In this document: positions 57,118 through 64,000 of the stretch, piece after piece
Layout: every line of letters starts with the position of its first letter
Numbering within the stretch: the stretch's first letter is position 1
Source: a virus
Lineage: Duplodnaviria; Caudoviricetes
DNA: 64,000 nucleotides
IMG/VR virus record: IMGVR_UViG_3300031853_000002
Coordinates: 99,308-163,307 of that record
Strand: one strand, 5' to 3'
Notes under the pieces: model-generated
Databases searched by the model: none
Told to the model about the DNA's origin: nothing
The model's input: only the letters and a program-made list of their open reading frames with translations
Translations under genes and position numbers: made by a program

Positions 57118-58171
57118 TTACAGCTTTAAAATAGGCTACTTGTCGTAATAGCCATCCAAATTCCTGCATTCCTTTTAATAGGTCCATTTTAGTAAGTTCG
57201 TAAGTCTTAGTAAAATACCCAGGAAATGTTTCTACTACAAGACAATTACTCTTTATAGTAGGATTATGGATGTCATAGTGTTTGGCAGCAGCATGTCTAA
57301 GTAGCCATGTATACATACCTAATTCTCTATAATAATGAAAGAAATTAAATGCTCCACTTGCAAATTCTGTTACATACTTACCAGTAGTTTTAACATCATT
57401 TACAGTAATAGTATTATTTTCATTATCAATAGTGAAATTATCTAGTTTAGATTTTAAATGAAGAACTCCTTCCTTCTTTCCTTCTGGAAGATCTACTACA
57501 TATTCCATATCCATTAGAATAGTAGTCTCGTTCATAGAAATAGGATCTTCAAGAAGTCCTTTAGGATGTAACAATTCTTCAAATTTCTTATTCTTTCTAA
57601 AAGAATTAAGAACTGCATATAATTGTTCTCTCATTTTTTCTGGAAGATAAATAGGAGTAAGCCCAGTATAGTTCTCTTCAAACATTGCTCTATCGGTCCA
57701 GTATTGTATACACTTTTCTTCAAGAGCATTAATTTTATCTTTATTCATTTTTCCTTTATAATAGTCAATCTCATCAGAAGCTTCTATATAAATAGAATCT
57801 TCAAGAGCTGCTATTACTTCTCCAACATTATCCCCACATGGTCCTATATAGTTATCGTATATATAGTCAGCCATGAACCCAGCTTTCGCAGTTGGTCTAT
57901 CTATTTCTGTAAGTACAAAGTCATTAGGCTGTAATGTAAGCTCATGTACAGCACTTCCAAATATAAGTGCATCAGAATAGATTTTATTATTGTTTAGTCC
58001 AGCAAAAAACTTAGAGGGACTTCCTCCTTCATCAGGATTGATAAGTTTGAGTCTAGAATTACTTATGTAATTACCATATTCCTTAGAAAAATAGACTTCA
58101 TCCGATATATCCTTTATATGGACAGTTTCTGTTAGGGGCTTTAATTGTACTGCTTTATAAACATCAATCAT
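57107..58171 (-). CDS. PD-(D/E)xK exonuclease (RecE/ExoVIII-like)
   Basis: ISNSRL, FGSAVH, KSKLD...NDVKTT, YYRELGMY. Confidence 0.8.
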   Translation of the reverse strand: MIDVYKAVQLKPLTETVHIKDISDEVYFSKEYGNYISNSRLKLINPDEGGSPSKFFAGLNNNKIYSDALIFGSAVHELTLQPNDFVLTEIDRPTAKAGFMADYIYDNYIGPCGDNVGEVIAALEDSIYIEASDEIDYYKGKMNKDKINALEEKCIQYWTDRAMFEENYTGLTPIYLPEKMREQLYAVLNSFRKNKKFEELLHPKGLLEDPISMNETTILMDMEYVVDLPEGKKEGVLHLKSKLDNFTIDNENNTITVNDVKTTGKYVTEFASGAFNFFHYYRELGMYTWLLRHAAAKHYDIHNPTIKSNCLVVETFPGYFTKTYELTKMDLLKGMQEFGWLLRQVAYFKAVNDL

Positions 58172-58683
58172 AACAGGTTCCTAAAGTTATCAAACATACC
58201 TGTATCTATAAATAAATTATATGCATCTGTTATTTCTTGCTTATTAAGGGTATAAATTCTTCCTATTGGTCCCCAAGACTGATTGTCTGGTTGATCAATA
58301 AGAAGACATGGAACTCCAGATAAATTCAACTTTATAAAGTTAGAAATGGAATCGTCAATAAATACATCAACCCTTCCCTTAATCATAGTAGCTTTATTTC
58401 CCTGTTGATAGTACATCTGATAAATAGGGCGGTTAGGAAATCCATGTTCTATTAACCATTTACGAGTCCACTGTTTTGGATTAACTCTTTTAGTACAATA
58501 CAACTCTGGAATAAAATCTATATGTCTAAGTACAGGCAATGAAAGCCAGAAATTTCTATCTTTACTAAGTACTTGTTGTACATTTTTAGTTATTTCAGAA
58601 TCTTTCTTTGGATTACCAAATCTTTCTAAATAAGGATTCATGAAATCGTCTACGGTTCCATCGAGGTCTAAGCCTATTCTCAT
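58168..58683 (-). CDS. HAD-family phosphatase/5'(3')-deoxynucleotidase-like
   Basis: IGLDLDGT, K, FIDD. Confidence 0.8.
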   Translation of the reverse strand: MRIGLDLDGTVDDFMNPYLERFGNPKKDSEITKNVQQVLSKDRNFWLSLPVLRHIDFIPELYCTKRVNPKQWTRKWLIEHGFPNRPIYQMYYQQGNKATMIKGRVDVFIDDSISNFIKLNLSGVPCLLIDQPDNQSWGPIGRIYTLNKQEITDAYNLFIDTGMFDNFRNLL

Positions 58684-58901
58684 TGTAATTCTTCGAGTAC
58701 TTTTATATTAGGAGTTATATAAATGTCATAGTTTTCCATGTCTCCTATAAACTCCATCCAAGTGTCATATTCTTCATCTATTTCTAAGTAATCTCTGTAT
58801 TTCTCAATAATTTTCTCTTGTGCATTGTTTAAAGACGTTGCACTCACAGTCTTTATTTGGTTATGTGCATTATCACATACGGCATATATATAAGTTGTCA
58901 T
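58680..58901 (-). CDS. Hypothetical protein
   Basis: Packed ORF. Confidence 0.6.
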   Translation of the reverse strand: MTTYIYAVCDNAHNQIKTVSATSLNNAQEKIIEKYRDYLEIDEEYDTWMEFIGDMENYDIYITPNIKVLEELQ

Positions 58902-59434
58902 TTTAAAGTTAAAGCTAGTAATTTAAGAAAATAATCTACATCTACCATTACTATAGAACCTTTACTATTTTCTCCCCCTTCTGGAGATTTTTTCCAGAAT
59001 ACGGTAAAAGGTTTAGACTTATCTGTACATGCATCTCTTATTGTAAAATAAGAAGGAGTATTTTGATATTGTTTGCACTGAATATTAATTGGTAATTTTC
59101 CTTCAGTATCTATAATATCAATTTTATTGTTATCAACTTTCTTTGATTCCCCTCTAGAAGTTACACATCCAGTAAATCCAATTTCCTTTAACTTATTAAT
59201 AACCTCTCTTTCCCAAGAAGCCCCTTTACTTCTTGATTTTTTAGCTTGGAAAGAACGTTTAGTGTGTTCATCTAACCATTCGAAACAAATTTTTTCTTTT
59301 CCTCCACATCCAGGTTTATTACATCTAATTTTGATTGCGGCAACAGTAATTCCTGTTTCTTTTGACGCTTCCTCAATGGAAGCGAATTCTTTAGTACTGC
59401 CATCTTTAAAAATAGCTTTACACGAAGTATTCAA
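58898..59434 (-). CDS. Holliday junction resolvase-like PD-(D/E)xK nuclease with N-terminal NUMOD1/HTH
   Basis: EFASIEEASKETGI; KGASWEREV...IDII...IQCK. Confidence 0.72.
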   Translation of the reverse strand: MNTSCKAIFKDGSTKEFASIEEASKETGITVAAIKIRCNKPGCGGKEKICFEWLDEHTKRSFQAKKSRSKGASWEREVINKLKEIGFTGCVTSRGESKKVDNNKIDIIDTEGKLPINIQCKQYQNTPSYFTIRDACTDKSKPFTVFWKKSPEGGENSKGSIVMVDVDYFLKLLALTLK

Positions 59435-59445
59435 TTCCTACTTTT

Positions 59446-60450
59446 TCATTTAAATTTTAGAATTAAATCTTTAATAAATTGCTTAGTTTTCTTTTCACCA
59501 TACATCTTTCTAAAGTCAGATATATCCTTAGCATTATACTTACGTGGAATCCAGATATAAAGAAGTTCAGGATGTTCTTTCTTAATCTTATTCATATTAG
59601 ATATTCCAGGTAAATCATTATCATATAAAACTGCTATATATTTAAATCTTGACTTTAATTCATCTAACATTTTATCTGTAATAAATAAATTTTCACTATT
59701 TGGAGCAATAGCTTTAATACCTAGACTATATAAGCACATAACATCTTTCATAGACTTGGTTATAACTAGTAACTTTCCTTCTTTAGGTAATTGTTTATAA
59801 CCCTGTACTTGTTTTGCTTTCCAATTGGTTAAAAATCTATATTGTTTTTTCTTTGGGAAATAAATTCTCCAAAGTTCTATATTATCCTCTTTTCCTCCAT
59901 AATAACCATATGCAGGACATCCAGGCGTAGAAGCCATAAAATAACTCCCATTTAAAAAGATGTTCTTACAAGAGTAAACACAAAATTTTTTTAATATTTT
60001 TTCTGTTATTCCATAAGAACTCCACCACTCTAATTCTTTAGGTAAGAAGTCTTGAATTTCTACTCTTATAAGGGCAGTTTCTGGAGCTTCAAATTTCTGT
60101 AAGTTAGAACGAACTATTCCTTGGTGCTTAGTATAACCAGGAGTCTTAACGAGATTAAAATCATTAGCTATTGTGCGTAATGCCTCTCCATAATTAAGGC
60201 CATACTTATACATTACTACAGAAATGAAATTTCCATAAAATGATCCATTAAAGTCTTTAAAGATAAGATCTCCTTGTTTATTTCTATAAAAGGAACAAGT
60301 AGGAGTATTATCTTTTCTAAGAGGTGAACAGAACAATCCTTTTTTAATAGGAATGCCTAAATAAAAGGACATATAGGTTTCTTCATTATTATAAGAAAGT
60401 AGAAAATCCTTAGTGATTTTCGGTTCAATATAAAAGCTGAATTTATCCAT
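59446..60450 (-). CDS. DNA primase (DnaG-like, crAss type)
   Basis: SPLRKDNTPTCSFY, FKDF, TKSMKDVM, YDND..G, KDISD. Confidence 0.85.
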   Translation of the reverse strand: MDKFSFYIEPKITKDFLLSYNNEETYMSFYLGIPIKKGLFCSPLRKDNTPTCSFYRNKQGDLIFKDFNGSFYGNFISVVMYKYGLNYGEALRTIANDFNLVKTPGYTKHQGIVRSNLQKFEAPETALIRVEIQDFLPKELEWWSSYGITEKILKKFCVYSCKNIFLNGSYFMASTPGCPAYGYYGGKEDNIELWRIYFPKKKQYRFLTNWKAKQVQGYKQLPKEGKLLVITKSMKDVMCLYSLGIKAIAPNSENLFITDKMLDELKSRFKYIAVLYDNDLPGISNMNKIKKEHPELLYIWIPRKYNAKDISDFRKMYGEKKTKQFIKDLILKFK

Positions 60451-60481
60451 AAATGAACCTAAATATAAGGATACTTTTTAT

Positions 60482-60520
60482 AAAATGAAAGGCGGAGAGG
60501 TTCTTTTGAACCTCCCGCCA
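60482..60520 (-). terminator. Intrinsic terminator after the SSB gene
   Basis: Minus strand GGCGGGAGGTTC-aaaa-GAACCTCTCCGCC-TTTCATTTT. Confidence 0.75.
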
Positions 60521-60531
60521 GATGAAAACCA

Positions 60532-61266
60532 TTAGCTATTTAAAAGTCCATCGAAATCATCGATTTCCTCCTGAGGAGCTTCAGTATTAGGAAGATCATC
60601 TACAGAAGTCTCTACTGGTGGATTATTCTTCTCCATATCAGTTGGTTTAGCATTGCGGTACTCCTTCTGCTTACCTTCCTCATAGGGAGAGAAGAACAAC
60701 TTATCACCAATAAAGTTATCGGCAGTAAATAATTCTCCCTTCTTAGAAACACCTGCGAATTTAGGAAGACAAGGCACAATTCTATTGGTCTTAGAATCAG
60801 TCTTACCAGCCAGCTTCAAATGAGTGGTCTTACCCTTAGCTCCTTCAAGTAGTTTTACAACTACATCAACGAGCTGTTTAAAGCTCTGTACTTTAGGAGC
60901 AAGTTCTACCATCTTAGGCATCTTTTCAGGAGCTAGAACAGTAAGTAACTGAGCAATGAAAATACGAAGCTTCTCCATTGGAGATGCAGACTCATACTCA
61001 TGCCCCTCGGCGTTCTTGTTTTTGAATCTTTCATTTCCCTTTTCACCAGGATTGAAGACTCTCTCCTCATAATAACCCTCGTCATTTTCAAAACGAACGG
61101 TTAGTGCCTCATAAATCTGACCTTTATTTTCCTCTTTTTTACCCTCAAATGTTTCATACTTAGCCTCCACAAACTTTACCTCATAAATATCCCAAGGACG
61201 AAGACGACGATTACCACCAGCTGTTGCTTGTACTTTATCAATTGGACCAAAAACAAATCCTGCCAT
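60532..61266 (-). CDS. Probable single-stranded DNA-binding protein
   Basis: Position between the AAA ATPase and primase; acidic C-terminal tail EEIDDFDGLLNS; high-expression codon bias. Confidence 0.6.
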   Translation of the reverse strand: MAGFVFGPIDKVQATAGGNRRLRPWDIYEVKFVEAKYETFEGKKEENKGQIYEALTVRFENDEGYYEERVFNPGEKGNERFKNKNAEGHEYESASPMEKLRIFIAQLLTVLAPEKMPKMVELAPKVQSFKQLVDVVVKLLEGAKGKTTHLKLAGKTDSKTNRIVPCLPKFAGVSKKGELFTADNFIGDKLFFSPYEEGKQKEYRNAKPTDMEKNNPPVETSVDDLPNTEAPQEEIDDFDGLLNS

Positions 61267-61279
61267 AAATTAACACATT

Positions 61280-61873
61280 TTAGAAATTAAAATCAATATC
61301 ATCTGCATTTAATTCAGTAGCATCTCCATCCACAACACCTATTAAGTCTTCTGGACGACCGATTTCTTCTACTTCTTCATCTACAATTTTGACATTTTCA
61401 TCTTCTTTCTCTTCTGGAATAGGTTTATCTCCGACTAATTCGAAAATTCCTTCCTTATCTGTCTCTTTAAATGAGAAGATTATTCCATATTCCTCAAGTG
61501 TGTCATGATTTTTACCTCTATAACTTACTGTATTGGACTTGGTTAATCTATTACCTCCCTGTGTACCAAAGGCTGTATTACAACCTATAACTGGTACTCG
61601 AACCTTATCTCTCTTCTCGAATTTGATATCAATTCTATCGTCAGCTTCGACACCTAACAATTCTACAGCCGCAGTATTAAGGCTATACTTATTTTCTTCA
61701 AGAATCAACTCTGGTTCAGGGTTTTCATCTGTTTTCTTAGTAGTCTTTTTAGGGCTACTTGTCTTCTTGGCTTTAGGAAGATCATCATTAATAACCTCTC
61801 TGTTCAGTACTTTAACCTCTCCGGTCTCATCATCTTGTTCATAAGTGAACAGTACCTTGAATTGCTGAATCAT
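61280..61873 (-). CDS. Hypothetical protein with acidic tail
   Basis: Packed ORF. Confidence 0.65.
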   Translation of the reverse strand: MIQQFKVLFTYEQDDETGEVKVLNREVINDDLPKAKKTSSPKKTTKKTDENPEPELILEENKYSLNTAAVELLGVEADDRIDIKFEKRDKVRVPVIGCNTAFGTQGGNRLTKSNTVSYRGKNHDTLEEYGIIFSFKETDKEGIFELVGDKPIPEEKEDENVKIVDEEVEEIGRPEDLIGVVDGDATELNADDIDFNF

Positions 61874-62568
61874 TCTCCTTCGTTATATTCTTTAATTTTC
61901 TTAATGACATAATCTAGATCATTATCAATAAGTAAATCTTCAAATAATCCCATTGGGGATTTAGCTGTGCAGGTTCCATCAGAGTTCGTTAAGAACTTAT
62001 ATTGAACCGAATCAGAATCATCTTTTACTACTTTGGTAAATAACACATAAGTAAATAAGCCTTCAAGTGTAATAACACTATCCAACATCTTTCCTTGTGT
62101 CTTAATCTTATAATAAGGATTGAGATTATCCCCAGTATTCTCACTATGAGTAGATACTACGATAAATAAATCGTCACGCATATCCATACCAGTCTTTAAA
62201 GCCTCATATGCATGCTTGGCCATATCAGTAAACTTTCCATAGCCTTTTTCATCTACTCTAGCCATAGCCTCAAATGCTTGAAGATACTGAAAATCGTCAA
62301 TAATCAGCACTTTAACATTAGGCATCTTCAAATTTACTATCTTCATCATCTGCTTAATAGCTTCAATATTAGAAGAAGTATAGAAGTTGCCTGACATCTC
62401 TTTTGTTTCCTTATTAACCTTGAAATCTGGATACTTCTTTTTAGCACCCTTAATTCCAGGCCTCTTACCTGTGGTAGATATAATAAATGTTTCTTCTGGA
62501 TTCAAATTTCTAATAGATGTGGTTTTTCCCGAACCACTTTCACCAACAATTGCTATCATTTCAGCCAT
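61870..62568 (-). CDS. AAA-family ATPase (Sak4/AAA_24-like)
   Basis: GESGSGKTT, IIDDFQY, EGLFT, AKSPMG. Confidence 0.82.
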   Translation of the reverse strand: MAEMIAIVGESGSGKTTSIRNLNPEETFIISTTGKRPGIKGAKKKYPDFKVNKETKEMSGNFYTSSNIEAIKQMMKIVNLKMPNVKVLIIDDFQYLQAFEAMARVDEKGYGKFTDMAKHAYEALKTGMDMRDDLFIVVSTHSENTGDNLNPYYKIKTQGKMLDSVITLEGLFTYVLFTKVVKDDSDSVQYKFLTNSDGTCTAKSPMGLFEDLLIDNDLDYVIKKIKEYNEGE

Positions 62569-63657
62569 TTACATTGTAAAATTTATATTAACTACGTTTT
62601 CATCTATCCTTTCATTTTGACTTATTTCATCTTGTAACATATAACTAACATCCATATATGGATCATAACAAGTAATTTGATCTCCTTTAGGTAGCTCCTT
62701 AAATAAACCTGCTTTGCCATAAAAGGCAGAACCAATTTGAATTTCTGATTCACCATATCTAGATTTAAGAACAGAAATACTTCTAAACTTATCCTCTAAT
62801 TGGCTTATATCATACTTTTTATATTTATTAAGTTGTTCTCTATGAGGAGATAATATTCCAAGAATAACCTCAGCATCCTGTGATGGATTACCACTATCTT
62901 TAATATCACTAAGCTTAAGATCAATCATATCTAGTTTTCTTCTATCAGTAGAAGTACTATCTCTATTAATCTGCATTAGAACTAAGGGACTGATACCACA
63001 TATATTTCTAAAGGTTAAGAGATATTTACTACATAAATCAATCTCACTCTTAAGTGTAGAACCTTGACCTGGTCGAACCAAGCCTATATGGTCCATAATT
63101 ACAAGAATAATTTTCTTTGGATTCTTGGGTTTAAATAGGATTCGCTTGTCAGTATTTATAAATTCACCTTCTTTTTCTAATTCAGAATGAAGATTAGCAT
63201 AAAGAACTTGAGCATTTAAAGCTCTATCATAAACAGTAATCTTTTGTTCTATTTTAGTAAGCCAAGGTTGGCATTCTAAAACGATACGATAAAGATCATC
63301 ATCAAGAATATAGTTCTTTTTACGAGACATTAATTCCTTAGGAGACACTTCAATATGATATTCATCCCATACATGCATACATAAGAGTTTTAAGAATAAC
63401 ATATTAGCAGACATCTCCAATGAATAATAAATGACTCTGAAATCATCATCATCTAAATGCTGAATAAGAGGTTTATAGACAAACGAATAAAGAGCAAAAG
63501 TGGTCTTACCAGAACCAGTACCTCCAAATAGAAGGTAGTAGGTTTCTCTGGTTAATCCATCTATTATACTCTCTAATTTAGGCATACCTATAGATATACC
63601 CTGATTATTACCGTCACGTCCACGTCGTATAAGCTCTAATACTGATTCGGTAATCAT
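62569..63657 (-). CDS. SF4 replicative helicase (DnaB-like)
   Basis: GGTGSGKT, YSLEM, MDHIGL, QINR, KDSG...QDA, KSRYG. Confidence 0.88.
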   Translation of the reverse strand: MITESVLELIRRGRDGNNQGISIGMPKLESIIDGLTRETYYLLFGGTGSGKTTFALYSFVYKPLIQHLDDDDFRVIYYSLEMSANMLFLKLLCMHVWDEYHIEVSPKELMSRKKNYILDDDLYRIVLECQPWLTKIEQKITVYDRALNAQVLYANLHSELEKEGEFINTDKRILFKPKNPKKIILVIMDHIGLVRPGQGSTLKSEIDLCSKYLLTFRNICGISPLVLMQINRDSTSTDRRKLDMIDLKLSDIKDSGNPSQDAEVILGILSPHREQLNKYKKYDISQLEDKFRSISVLKSRYGESEIQIGSAFYGKAGLFKELPKGDQITCYDPYMDVSYMLQDEISQNERIDENVVNINFTM

Positions 63658-64000
63658 ATAGAGCGCATAGAGTTATAGTTAATATCAGTCAATTCTCCGT
63701 TCTTTAAAGCTTCTATTTCTTCCCATTTTCTATCTATAAGAAATGTGGCAAGAGAGAAGTTTATAAATGTAGTATTGTTCTGTGCCCAATCTAGTAGTTC
63801 AAGAATATGTTTATGAGTTTCTTTATTCCAACGTATCTGTTTACCATAATAACGGAAAGCATCTTCTAAAGTGTCAAACTTTTTAGATACTCCTCTTATA
63901 GAAACAGTTGCTCCTTGAATTGTAGCAAACATTGGATAAGCCTCATAAAGTTCTTGTCCCATATCAAAAGCACTTCTATACAATGCATTTTCAAAGTTCT
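63654..64000 (-). CDS. Hypothetical protein (5'-truncated by the window edge)
   Basis: Frame remains open to the window end. Confidence 0.6.
   Translation of the reverse strand, partial: NFENALYRSAFDMGQELYEAYPMFATIQGATVSIRGVSKKFDTLEDAFRYYGKQIRWNKETHKHILELLDWAQNNTTFINFSLATFLIDRKWEEIEALKNGELTDINYNSMRSI

Noticed and set aside
1828-62620. Many short antisense or alternative-frame ORFs in the track (e.g. 1828-2211, 13539-13811, 39065-39412, 61533-61844)
   Set aside because: They overlap well-supported genes and have Ser/Ile/Phe-rich shadow composition with no motifs.
1-64000. Suppressor tRNA-CUA or release factor explaining the recoding
   Set aside because: No tRNA cloverleaf or RF gene recognised, and intergenic gaps are short. 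They may lie outside the window; tRNAscan-SE or ARAGORN on the whole genome would decide.
1-64000. CRISPR array, diversity-generating retroelement, integrase or IS element
   Set aside because: No regular repeat-spacer pattern, reverse transcriptase, recombinase or transposase motifs seen by eye.

Overview
This is a 64-kb AT-rich segment of a crAss-like (Crassvirales-type) phage genome, probably infecting an anaerobic Bacteroidota host. It has two convergent halves meeting at a bidirectional terminator near 24.5 kb. Left half (+ strand, <1-24477): four giant virion cargo/ejection genes. The ORF track shows them as about 30 fragments only because about 45 in-frame TAG codons are read as sense (probably Gln, genetic code 15). 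They are a >2000-aa protein with an SF1 helicase domain, a ~3280-aa virion RNA polymerase, a zincin-motif protein and a PD-(D/E)xK-like protein. Each junction pairs a C-terminal Cys with an N-terminal Cys. Right half (- strand, 24520->64000): TAG-free replication and metabolism genes (DnaB-like helicase, primase, SSB, PolA, DNA ligase, Dda-like helicase, NrdD/G, ThyX, dUTPase, dNMP kinase, sigma70, PNK plus RNA ligase). Three group I introns carrying homing endonucleases interrupt the catalytic motifs of RNAP (13135-14496), PolA (33367-34307) and DNA ligase (43889-44817); splice sites are predictable to the base from P1/P10 pairing. The most notable accessory system is a compact, complete deamidating NAD+ salvage operon (pncA-pncB-orf-nadE-nadD-Nudix, 25519-29461). 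It is a candidate third type of phage NAD+ reconstitution (anti-defence) pathway, distinct from NARP1 and NARP2. All calls rest on motif reading by eye; no database searches were run.
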